Below, in pieces: positions 38,301-48,200 of a stretch of DNA of 64,000 bases. The position numbers and the translations under genes were made by a program. The stretch spans positions 32,001-96,000 of the forward strand of contig JAKSOL010000004.1 of the NCBI GenBank assembly GCA_024405635.1, written 5' to 3'. The DNA is from Salinivirgaceae bacterium. GTDB lineage: Bacteria; Bacteroidota; Bacteroidia; Bacteroidales; SZUA-534. The notes beneath the pieces are model-generated. The model did not search any database. It saw only the letters and a list, made by a program, of their open reading frames with translations, and was not told the origin of the DNA. Numbering within the stretch: the stretch's first letter is position 1; each line of letters opens with the position of its first letter.

Positions 38301-39324
38301 AATTATAGGAAACCCTCCATATCAAGAAAACGATGGTAGTGGCGCTGCTGGTGATGCCGCTATGCCGATATATAACAAATTTGTTGACTTAGCTCTATTG
38401 TTAAAACCTACATATATTACAATCATTATGCCGTCAAAGTGGATGATTGGTGGTAGAGGTTTGGATAAATTCCGAACAAGTATGGTTGAGGACCATCATT
38501 TAGCTAAGTTTTTTGACTATGAAGACGACTCCTACATTTTCCCTAATACACACATAGATGGCGGTATTTGTTATTTCTTATGGGATAAAAAGCATAATGA
38601 CAAAATGCAATATTCATATCGTACTAAAGATGGTGATGTTATTAATACTGTCAGATTCTTGAACAATGACACTTCATCTTTTATCATTCGTGATTTTAGG
38701 CGTCAATCAATTATTGAGAAAGTCACTAAAAGAGCGTCTTTTAAAGAAATTGTATCATCATCGCGTCCATTCGGAATTAGAAAAGATCTGTTTAATTCTC
38801 CAGAACGCTATCCTGATTCTAGACTTTCAGAAAAAATGTTTGAAAACGCAATTCAAATTCATGGAGTAAAAGGAGTAAAGGGCGGAGCTAGAAGACAATT
38901 AGGTTTTATTAATTCAAGTGTAATAACACAAAATGTACAATGGATACCTCTTTATAAATTGTTCTTTACGACCACTTATTCTACAGGTGCTATTAATTTT
39001 CCTGAAATCATAGTTGCAGATTCGAATGTTGTATGTACAGAGACCTTTTTGGTTATAGGTCCATTTAATACGAAACTCGAACAGCAAAATTGTTTGAAGT
39101 ATACCAAAACTAGTTTCTTCAAAACACTATTGTTTTTTGGTAAGGGATCAATGCAAGTAACACAAGAAGTTTTTTGTTATGTTCCTCTCCAAGATTTTAC
39201 CTCAAATAGTGATATTGATTGGAGTCTAAGTGTTGAGGAAATTGACAATCAACTATATAAAAAGTACAACCTTACAAATGATGAAATTGCGTTTATAGAT
39301 GTTTTGATAAATCCAAAGGAGTAA
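35317..39324 (+). CDS. Fused nuclease (T5orf172/GIY-YIG-like)-SF2 helicase-N6 adenine MTase-TRD R-M enzyme (Eco57I-domain/ISP-like)
   Basis: IYLY..VKVGKT..REWY N-terminus; NAKMRFGKT, DEAH, LSGTP, QTIFRVQ; IIGNPPYQ; C-terminal TRD-like region ending VPLQDF. Confidence 0.82.
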   Translation: MASIEFENVSSWHIIYLYTIDDEQHKDLVKVGKTSTNELDPTDDDIKNAAIVCIRGQLSRAGMSYKDFYAEKAICRDKDGSIINFWDYDVHDVLERSGIKNKKFKGSSGREWYECSMETAKAAIKAVKEGRQSLNDNEIRADVKPIVFREEQRRAIDQTKKAFVNHQEMLWNAKMRFGKTVSALQVVKEMKFNRTLIVTHRPVVIDGWFKDFGWIFHDCTNFQFGSKKDYGSDYNKCESDLKKKGINYVFFASIQDLRGSDKVGGNYEKNTELFSTKWDLLIVDEAHEGTLTALGDNVLSELIKTKTKVLKLSGTPYNLIDKFDKEATFTWDYVMEQRAKVNWENEHHGEPNPYACLPSMCIYTYDLPALMNPSIEADSMSFNFREFFKTDGDFDDKFVHEDSVKAFLDLLVENDANSTYPFCTDRFINTFRHTLWMLPGVKAAKAMSKLLKSHKTFNQYEILNVAGNGDEDEENEEALQKVKNAIGNNPLTSKTITLSCGRLTTGVSVPAWTGVLMLAGTATTSASGYMQTIFRVQTPCNLGGMQKEQCFVFDFAPDRTLQVLADVAHIESVGKGTTESQRQTLTQFLNFCPVISLNGSTMQEYNVDSLFTKLKRVFIERVVQSGFEDEHIFNQKSLQGLSGSELKMFDKLHSIIGSTKAMPKTKNIDINKKGLTEEEQELVSEIENKKRGGKKLTKEEQELLERHKAELEQMHAAASILRGIAIRMPLMIFGANVKEGEEEKEFTIDNFDNLVDDESWKEFMPKDVSKKLFRDFKKYFDKDIFTAASRRIRELTKEADSMSIEERMEQIHTIFNYFRNPDKETVLTPPRVVNMHMSNTLGGYCFYDEDFEEMLTKDPCFVNHSEVTKQVFSAQSQILEINSKSGLYPLYAAYSIYRSRCSIAREKNQKLTLAQQQTIWDTVLAENIFVLCKIPMAEFITKRTLGGFRKVAFNVAYYKNLLVEIKNSPDKLIKALSNSKTYKSAKNNSNMIFDAIIGNPPYQENDGSGAAGDAAMPIYNKFVDLALLLKPTYITIIMPSKWMIGGRGLDKFRTSMVEDHHLAKFFDYEDDSYIFPNTHIDGGICYFLWDKKHNDKMQYSYRTKDGDVINTVRFLNNDTSSFIIRDFRRQSIIEKVTKRASFKEIVSSSRPFGIRKDLFNSPERYPDSRLSEKMFENAIQIHGVKGVKGGARRQLGFINSSVITQNVQWIPLYKLFFTTTYSTGAINFPEIIVADSNVVCTETFLVIGPFNTKLEQQNCLKYTKTSFFKTLLFFGKGSMQVTQEVFCYVPLQDFTSNSDIDWSLSVEEIDNQLYKKYNLTNDEIAFIDVLINPKE

Positions 39325-39346
39325 CACATATAAACAACCCTCCCCC

Positions 39347-39377
39347 AAAAGCCTCCGTCACCAACGGAGGCTTTTTT
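39347..39377. terminator. Intrinsic terminator at right end of island 2
   Basis: AAAAGCCTCCGT-CACCA-ACGGAGGCTTTTTT perfect 12-bp stem. Confidence 0.85.
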
Positions 39378-39533
39378 GTTGTTTTTCCACATCCTAAAAC
39401 TTTCCTACTGAAAACTTTTGCGCATTTTGGTCAAAAGTTTAAAGTACAGGCGAAAACTATTTGCTTGGTGTGGAATAACGTTTTGGCAATGCGTTAGTTA
39501 GGATTGAATATTTTCAAAACGCTGGAATTTGTT

Positions 39534-40352
39534 CTATTTCAGCAAGTTGTAAACATATTGCACGCTGTTGGCGTATTCCTCGTCGGTGGTTAGGTGCTCA
39601 ATAATCATTGGCATGTTGGCGTTTTCTTTTTCGGCTAACCCAATGTATCGTTTAATGTCGAGCGAGCCATCGCCACAGGCACATTCCTGAAGTTGAAAGG
39701 TGTATTCTTCTTTTAGTTTGATGTCTTTCAAGTGGCAACTGCAAATGTGGCCTTTCAGTTTGGCAAAACACTCGTCAAGAAAGCGGTCGTTGAAGAAATA
39801 GCGTTCGGGCGAGGTTATCATGTTCACCACATCGAGGTGCGCTCCAAATTGAGGACGGTTAACATCGCTAATCAGGCGAAGGTATTCGTCGGGGTTGCTT
39901 GGAATCATCCAAGGCATTGATTCGATGCAGAATTTGGTGTGTTGAGGTTGGGCAGTGTCAATAATCTGGCGAATCATGTCAACGGCCATTTTCCACAATT
40001 CTGTGCTGAAATTTTGGCGATAACCGCCATCCCAACGAGGTCCGTAGGGAGTGCCCACTACATTTACGCAACATGTGGCGCCAATGCGGTCGGCCATGCG
40101 CAATTGGTTAATGGCATAGTCAATCCAGTGGGCGCGTTCGTCAAGATTGGCCGCAAGGGTATTGCGCCAAATGCCCACTTCGGCAATTAGTAAACCGGCT
40201 TTGTCGGCTGCATCTTTGTAAGCCATATAAACATTTTCGCCAGCCAAATAATCAACAGGAAAATTTATGCTTTTCAGTCCAAGGGCTTTGTGTTTGGAGG
40301 CCCAATCGGTGGGAGACGAATGCTCTAAACAAGAAGAAATTCCGAGTAACAT
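39534..40352 (-). CDS. Sugar phosphate isomerase/epimerase (xylose isomerase-like TIM barrel)
   Basis: IESMP, HLDVVN, CHLKD, IIEH metal-binding pattern. Confidence 0.8.
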   Translation of the reverse strand: MLLGISSCLEHSSPTDWASKHKALGLKSINFPVDYLAGENVYMAYKDAADKAGLLIAEVGIWRNTLAANLDERAHWIDYAINQLRMADRIGATCCVNVVGTPYGPRWDGGYRQNFSTELWKMAVDMIRQIIDTAQPQHTKFCIESMPWMIPSNPDEYLRLISDVNRPQFGAHLDVVNMITSPERYFFNDRFLDECFAKLKGHICSCHLKDIKLKEEYTFQLQECACGDGSLDIKRYIGLAEKENANMPMIIEHLTTDEEYANSVQYVYNLLK

Positions 40353-40379
40353 GGGTGAGTGGGTGTTTGGTTGTTTTTA

Positions 40380-41294
40380 TTAAAAATTACGATGATGCAA
40401 CACTGTGGAGTCCATTTCGTTTAGGTTATGCACACCAGTGCGGGCCATTGTGCTTGCAAGTTCGGCAGTCATGTCGTTGATGCGTTGCGACACTGCGTCG
40501 GAGCCTTTTTTTAGCAAAGGCATCAAATGTCGGCCTACTGAAACAGCTTTGGCTCCAAGTGCCAGACATTTATAGGCATCGATGCCGCTTATTATGCCGC
40601 AATCGACAAACACATCGACGTTGTTGCCTACGGCTTTAAGTATATCGCCAATAACCATTAATGGCGGAACTGCATATTGCATAATGCCATGGTGATGCGA
40701 CACAACTATTGCCTTGCAGCCGGCTTTGGCACATTTTTCGGCATCAAAAGCGCTCAACACGCCTTTAACAACAAAAGGAACGCTTGCGGCTTGTACAAAC
40801 TCTGATATTTCGGCTATCGATTTTGGTCGTAAAGGAATATCAAAGCAACTATCGTATCCGCCATTACCATTAAAGGCGTGGTCGATGTCCATGCCCACAG
40901 CCACGCAGCCAGCGTTAACGGCATGTTCAATCTTGCGGAACACCTCGCGGTTGTCGGCATAAGGTTTAACAACTTTAACCGATTTGGCGCCAGTAGCAAT
41001 AATATCTTCTAACTCTTGGTCGTCGCCCATGCCAACCCAGTGTAGAGTGTTGCTTTTAGCGGCGGCCTCGGCATATACAATCATTCCGTTAGTGGCTTTT
41101 TCCTCAATAAAACTTGCGCTCTCTTTGCCTCGCGAACCAAGATGTGAGAGTGCGGCTGTCATAATAGGAGTTGAGAATTGATGTCCAAAAATCTCAATGT
41201 TGGTAGATGGAAGGTCAGAGTCGATGTAGCGAGGTTCGATAAGAAGCGAATCGAAAAAATCGCGGGTTATTTTATCGGAAGATGAGGTGTACAT
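40380..41294 (-). CDS. FMN-dependent alpha-hydroxy acid oxidase/dehydrogenase family protein
   Basis: TPIMTAALS, PFVVKGVLS, IVVSHHHG, VDCGIISGIDAYKCLALGAKAVSVGR. Confidence 0.85.
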   Translation of the reverse strand: MYTSSSDKITRDFFDSLLIEPRYIDSDLPSTNIEIFGHQFSTPIMTAALSHLGSRGKESASFIEEKATNGMIVYAEAAAKSNTLHWVGMGDDQELEDIIATGAKSVKVVKPYADNREVFRKIEHAVNAGCVAVGMDIDHAFNGNGGYDSCFDIPLRPKSIAEISEFVQAASVPFVVKGVLSAFDAEKCAKAGCKAIVVSHHHGIMQYAVPPLMVIGDILKAVGNNVDVFVDCGIISGIDAYKCLALGAKAVSVGRHLMPLLKKGSDAVSQRINDMTAELASTMARTGVHNLNEMDSTVLHHRNF

Positions 41295-41318
41295 AAGTCA
41301 ATTCTTTTTATAAAGAAC

Positions 41319-41347
41319 AACCCGTTGCGCATAATACACAACGGGTT
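41319..41347 (-). terminator. Hairpin after beta-barrel gene
   Basis: AACCCGTTG / CAACGGGTT perfect 9-bp stem. Confidence 0.55.
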
Positions 41348-41372
41348 ATTATAGTACTTTGACGATAGTTAT

Positions 41373-42251
41373 TTAAAATTTTCTGACGCTTTTAACGTGC
41401 AACATTTGGTGCAACTTGTCGAAGTTGATCATCAAACTGGCTTTAACACCAAATTGTAGAGGATTGGCGTGTTTGCATTGGTTTGAAGCAAGCGAGCCGT
41501 TGTAGGTCCCATCGAACGACACAATAGGTTGGTTGCTTTTGTTGGCAATGCTGATAAGGCTGTAGCCAAAGTAGGCACCGCCATACACAAACGTACCTTT
41601 GCTTATTTGGTATGATAAACCAGCCTCGCCGCAAAGAGAAAGGCTAAACGATTTGCAATCGGCAGGTTTCTTTAGTTTGTTTAGTTCAATGGCCGAAAAA
41701 CCATGGTTAGGCAACGAGTCGTAAACCTCGCCAGTTGAAGGGTAGAATCCTTGGGTTTCGTACGAGCCTTCTTTCAGTTTGTACTTCTTAACAATAGGAA
41801 CACCAATCTTTAGGCCAACACCACCAATAAAGTTCACTCCGCGCGATATGTTTGGAATTTGGTAAAGTCCCATGATAGGAATTTCGAGTTGAGTAACTTT
41901 TTGTTTTTCAACAAAATTGGTAAACACAGTTCGCAACTCAAACTCTTCGCCTTCGGGGCTTACTTCGGCATCGAAAGCAGAGCTGCGTTCAATAAAATTG
42001 AAGGTTGTTTTGGCGCCATAGGTTGAAAAGCCAATGCCAGTGCCAACTCCCCAATTGTCATCGATAAAGTAGCGATAACCAAGGTTGAAGGTGATGCCCA
42101 TTTGAGGACCATGGTCGCCGTTGGAAGTTTTGCCTTGCAGAGTGTGCAGTCCGCTACCAAGGTCAACATGTAGCAGTTGGTTTTCTTGAGCAAAAGAGGT
42201 TGCTGCAACAAATAAAAAGGCAGCCGAGAGAAATATCTTGTTCATTTTCAT
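41373..42251 (-). CDS. Outer-membrane beta-barrel protein (OmpA-TM/PorT-like), paralog A
   Basis: Signal peptide, alternating aromatic/Gly strands (NLGYRYFI, WGVGTGIGF, LEIP, YGGAYFGY). Confidence 0.7.
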   Translation of the reverse strand: MKMNKIFLSAAFLFVAATSFAQENQLLHVDLGSGLHTLQGKTSNGDHGPQMGITFNLGYRYFIDDNWGVGTGIGFSTYGAKTTFNFIERSSAFDAEVSPEGEEFELRTVFTNFVEKQKVTQLEIPIMGLYQIPNISRGVNFIGGVGLKIGVPIVKKYKLKEGSYETQGFYPSTGEVYDSLPNHGFSAIELNKLKKPADCKSFSLSLCGEAGLSYQISKGTFVYGGAYFGYSLISIANKSNQPIVSFDGTYNGSLASNQCKHANPLQFGVKASLMINFDKLHQMLHVKSVRKF

Positions 42252-42255
42252 TGCA

Positions 42256-45200
42256 TTACTGTTTTACTACGTTAACCGATTGATTGCCAACCATAATCAG
42301 GTAAGCGCCTTGTGGCAAAGCCGAAAGGTCAATTTGCATGTTGTTGTCAACGGTTTGTTGCAATAGCAGTTGGCCGTTGGCGTCAAACACTTTTATGCTT
42401 TGTCCAGCTTCAATGTTGCCGCCACGTATGGTCACTAGGTTAAGCGTTGGGTTTGGATAAGCGGTTAGTTCAATGGTAGGTCCAAAATCCATGCTGCACG
42501 AGTAATAAGTTTGACCGTCTTTGTTGGTAGCAATAAGGTAGTAGGTGCCAGATAGTCCGCCTACCTCGTTGTAGTAAGCATTGGTGCAAACTTGCTTGTC
42601 GTTGTGCATCCACACGTAGTTATTAAACTGATGTTCAACATCGACAATAGAAACAACGTCGTCCCACATTTTTCTGATAAAGCGTTTGCGAACTTGGTAG
42701 TCAATTTGTTTGGTCAAATGGCTTGAACCAAGTTGGGCGGTTATGCCAATCACACCTTGAGCCGATGCGGAGTCGGGTATGGTGTAAGTGATTCCGTTTT
42801 GGCTGTTGTCGGCAGTTCCGTTTATGGTGTAACTGTAGTTAACGTTGTATAAGGCGCTCGATTTGGTTACTGAAATTTCAAGATCGTCGTCGTTTTCGCA
42901 AGTTACAAACGGATTAGGAGCATCAAAATCGATAAGCGCTTTAATGTCGGTAATGTTTTTGTCGGCAATGCCGTCGCCATCGGTGTCGATGTTGAGGTCG
43001 GGGTTGCCGTCGCCGTCAATGTCGCAGTTAAGGTTGCAAATGCCGTCGTCGGTAAAGTCAACGTTTATTTCGGTGTTCTGTTGCCAAGTAGCAACAAATG
43101 TCAAATTGTGGCTTGGCATTGTGCCAAAGTTGGTAACTAATGTGCCGTTATCGGTTGCCCAACCAGTGAATTTAAATCCAGCTTGGGTTGGAGTGTATGC
43201 AACAATTGGCTCGCCAAACAAAATGCTGTCAACTTTTGAAGTGGTTTCGGTTTCGGCCCAAGTAATGGCGTATTTGTTTTTGTTCCACAAACCAAAGAAT
43301 TCAACAGTGTCGGTAGCAGAGCCAAAGTCGGAAATGGCAACGTTGCTGTTTTGTGAGTTAGACCAACCTGCAAATGAGTAACCGTCGAGCGAAGGATTGG
43401 CGGGAGCTACAATAGGTTCGCCGCGCATCAGTTCAACGGTTGTGGTAATGTCGCCGTTGTTTGGAGTCCAGCTAATAAGCAAATGATTTTCGGTCCAAAG
43501 AGCAAACAAAGTATCGCCAAGTTCGGTCATGGTACCAAATTGGGTTTCAGCATCACCATCGGCAGCATGGCTCCAACCTGCAAAGGTGAATCCATATCGG
43601 CTTGGGTTGGTGGCAGGAGCAACAATTTCGTCGCCAAAATTGAGCGACTTGCTGAAGAATACGCTATCGGTGCCGTCGTTCATCAACCAAACGCTAGCAT
43701 ATTGTTTAACCGACCATATAGCGGTAAACGAAATGTCGTTGGCGGGCATTGTGTTAACCTCGGGAGCCCATGTGTAGTCAAAACCATCGCGCAAAAGAGT
43801 AGGAGCAACAATGGGGCTTTGGTACATGGCTGAGGTGTGAGTGTAAGGCATGTTTAGGTTTATAATGCCATCGCCAATGTTCCAAGTAACGGAGTATGAG
43901 TTTCGGCTATAGAAAACATCTTGCACCGATGAGCCGTCGCCAGCAATGGTTCCAGCCTCAAAAGCGTTAAGAGTAAAGCCGGTGTAGTTATTAGGAATAA
44001 CCTCCATAAGGTCGCCTGTTTTACCGGTGTTGGTAGTTGATTCGGCAAGAGTGTAAGAGCCGTCAAGTTCTTGAGTAAAGTGGCGAACGGTGTAGATTAT
44101 ACCATCGCTTGCCTCCCAAACAACGGTGTAGGTAGCATCGGAGTTAGGCATAGTGGCTGGCACTTGTGGCGACCATGTGTAAGTGAAACCATTGCGGTTT
44201 AATGTTGGAGCAACAAGAGGAGTTCCGTAGTAAACCAATCCATCTTCGGTGTAAGCTGATGCTTCAACCAAGCCTTGAGTAGTAATCCAAGCAAGTGAGT
44301 GTTGGTTGCGAGCGTAGTCGATGCGAACAACTGTTGAGCCATCGCCGTTTATGGTGCTTTGGCTGAAGTTTGCGGTAAAACCAACGGTGTCTTTAGCCAC
44401 TGCAACTGTAGCAGCATCGGCTAAACCCGAAAGAGTTTGAGAGTAAGTGGCGGTTGCGGGATAAGTGCCATCAAGTTGCATAAAGTAATGCTCAACGGTG
44501 TAGTTGGTTGCGCCTGCAGTCCAAACAGCGTTGTAGGTTAGCGCGTTGGCAGGCATTGTGGTAGCAGGTGTTGCGTCCCAAGAGTAACTATATCCAGCCT
44601 TGTAAAGTTGAGGTGCTGTGATGCTAGCGCCATAAACCACCGAACCGCTGGTGTAGCTGTTGGTTGCTGTTCCTCCGTTAAGATTCCAAGTTAAATCGTA
44701 ACTATTGCGGTTGTAGAAAATGTCAATGTCGTTGTTGGCATTGGCGGTAATGGTTTTTTGGCTGAAGGTTTGGCTTGTGAAACCAGTGTACGATTTTGCC
44801 TCGGCAGCAGTAGGAGCATCGGTTTTGCCGCTCAACTGTTGTGTGCTTGATGCGTCAACAGTATAGGTGCCATCAATATTTTGAAGGTTGTGGCGCACAG
44901 TGTAAAGGTTGTCGTTAGCCACCCAAACCGAAGTGAAGGTGGTGTTGGTAGCCGGCATGTTGGATATCACGTTGTCCCACGATCCTGTGTATCCAGCACG
45001 AACAAGCGTAGGAGCGGTAATAGGCGCATCAAAGTAGATGCTGCCAGCAGCAGTGTATGAACCAGTTGCAGAACCTCCGTTGGTAATGTTCCAAGTTAGG
45101 GTGTATTGGTTGCGAGTGTAGTTGATGGTTATTACAGTGCCACCGTTGCCGTTAATAGTGCTTTGGCTTATGCTTTGAGCAGTAAATCCTTCGTATGTTT

Positions 45201-48200
45201 TGGCGGTAGCAGCAGTCGTGCTGCCAGTGGTGCCGTATTTGGTTTCAACATTAGCTTCGGTATAAGTTGAACCATCAAGATTCATTTTGTAGTGTTTAAC
45301 AGTGTAAGGAGTACCTGATGCGGCGGTCCAAATGGCGTAGTAAGTAACGTTGTTTGCAGGCATGGTGCTTATGGTTGCCACAGCGCCTGTTGCCGAAGTT
45401 GACCAACCTGCAAGTTCGTAGCCCGAGTTGGTTACATCGGGAGTAAGAATGGTTGTTCCGTAAGCAATGCTGCCACTTGTGTGTGTGGTGCTAGTTATAC
45501 TTGCTGATGCACCATTATGGCTAGCGTTTAGGTCCCATGTTAAAGTATAGTTGTTAACTGTCCATTTTGCGAACAATGTTCCGTTAGCACTAAACGCTGT
45601 GTTATCGGCAGTGGTGGTAATAAATCCGTTTGCGTCAATCATTTGAGTGCCGTTGCCGTTAACAGCGGTGTAGTAACCGCCAAAGGTGTAGCCTGTTTTG
45701 GTTGGAACGGTGATGGCGTTTGCGCTTGCGGTCATGGCAGCGCCGCCGTTTGTTAGCGCAAATTTGTTGCCGTAAGTTTCGTAAACAGCAGCAGTACCAG
45801 CCGATGTTGCTCCTTGGTTGTCAAGCGTAATGGCATAAGTGTTAGCAGTCCATTTTGCATAAATGGTAACAATGTTTCCGTTGCTTGTAGTAAGGTTAGT
45901 AACACTTTGGCTGTTGGTGTAGTTAGTGCCCGAACCATCGGCATTTGCGGTCCAACCAGCAAATGTGTAACCAGTGCGGGAAAAGGCGTTCGCCGAAAGA
46001 GTTTTAGCAACGTTGTAAGTGTGGCTGCTATTGGTCATTGTGCCATTTGTAGCGCCGTTGCCGTTGTAAGCTACTTCGTAGGTTATGGCAGTCCATTTTG
46101 CATACAAAGTGCCATTAGCGCTAAAGTTGGTATTGCTAGCGTTGGTGGTAATAAATCCGTTTGCATCAATATATTGTGTTCCTGCACCGTTTGCAGCAGT
46201 GTAGTAACCTCCAAAAATGTAACCAGTTTTGGTAGGAACGGTAATGGCGTTTGCACTTGCGGTCATGGCAGCACCGCCATCGGTTAGCGAGTAGTTTTTG
46301 CCAAAGGTTAAATAAATGGTTTGTGTGCCAGCGGTAGTTGCGCTTGCGTTATTAAGAGTAATGGTGTAACTGTTAGCGCTCCATTGAGCGTAAAGGTCAA
46401 CAATTGCGCCATTGGTGTTGCTTAGGTTAGTAACACTTTGGCTGTTTGTGTAGTTAACACCGCTACCATTTGCAGCAGTGTTCCAACCAGTAAAGGTGTA
46501 ACCTGTGCGGGTGAAGGAGTTTGCCGAAAGAGTTTTAGCAGCGTTGTAAGTGTGGCTGCTATTGGTCATTGTGCCACTGCCGTTGTTGGCATTATATCGA
46601 ACTTGGTAAGTGTTGGCAGTCCATTTTGCGTACAAAGTTCCAGCCTCGCTGAATGCAGTGTTGCTTGCATCGGTGGTTAAAAATCCGTCAGCTCCAATAA
46701 ACTGAGTGCCCTCGCCATCTTGTTCGGTGTAGTAGCCGCCAAAGGTGTAGCCTGTTTTGGTTGGAACGGTAATGGCGTTTGCACTTGCGGTCATGGCAGC
46801 ACCGCCGTTTGTAAGAGCAAATTTGCTACCAAATGTTTCGTAAATGGTTGCGCTACCAGTAGTGGTTGCGCTTTGGTTATCGAGCGTAATAGCGTAAGTA
46901 TTGGCGCTCCATTGAGCATAAATGGTGTAAGAACCGTTATTAGCACTAACTAAGTTCGAAACCAAAACTTTATCGGCATACGATGTTCCGCTACCGTTTT
47001 CTTTGGTGTTCCAATTGCTGAATGTGTAACCAGTGCGAGTGAAAGCGTTGGCGCGTAAGTTGCCAGCCACTCCGTAGGTCATGTAACTAGGTGCCATTGT
47101 ACCACTACCGCCATTTGGTTGGTAGCTGATAGTGTACGAATTGGCTGTCCATTTAGCATAAAGAGTGGTGTTAGAAGTAAAGGTAGTTGAGGTTGCCAAA
47201 ATGGTTCCCGATGCATTTACATATTGAGTGCCACCACCATTTATAGCAGTGTAGTAACCGCCAAAGGTGTAACCAGTGCGAGTAGGAATGGTTACGCTTG
47301 CAGGACTATAAGCATTAGCGTAGGTTAGCAACAACGAAGCGGTGCCTGCAGTAGTTGCTCCTTGATTATCAAGAGTTATGGTGTATGTTTTGGCTGTCCA
47401 ATTGGCATACAAAGTAATGTTGGCAGTTGTGGCAGTGTTGCTAGCTACAATTTTACCTGTAGCATCAATATACTTAGTGCCACCGCCGTTTGTAGCAGTG
47501 TAATAACCGTCAAAGTCGTATCCAGTTTTGGTTGGAACGGTAATGGTTGTAACGGCAGCACCTCCATTTGTGGTAGCAAATTTGGTTGCATAGGTCAAGT
47601 ACAAAGTGTTAACCGATTGTGTGCCGCCTTGAGCATTTAATGAAATGGTGTAGGTATTAGCAGTGGCTATTACATAAAGTGTTTTGTTAGTAGCATCGTT
47701 AGCACTAGGAGTAAATGCTGCGCCTGCCTCGTAATTTGTTCCGCTACCATTTGCGGCAGTGTTCCATTTACAAGAGTAACCAGTTTTGCTGATGCTTGGC
47801 AGAGTGAAAGTTGGTGCGGTCCAAGTGGCAGTTAGTGCTACCGAAGCACCATTTGTGCTTGCTAAATTCTTAAAGTATTGTGCTGTTGATGCAGTGCCAG
47901 TCCAGCTTGTGGTAACGTTGGTGCTTGCAGTTCCACTTAATGCCGACGAAGCCAACCCTGTTGCTGTCCATCCAGCAAATGATGCAGCTTTGCTATCAGT
48001 TGTTTTGCCAATGGTGGCGCCAGTGCTATTAGCATTGTATGCCATTGTAAAGGTTTTGGTTGGGTTGCTTATGTTTTTCACTTCGTCAAACAAAGCCGAA
48101 GTTGGCGCACTTGAACCCGCAGTGCCATTGTTAAGCGAGTACGAAATGGTGTAACTATTAGCTGTCCATTTAGCATACAAGGTTGCACTAGCGTTAAAGT

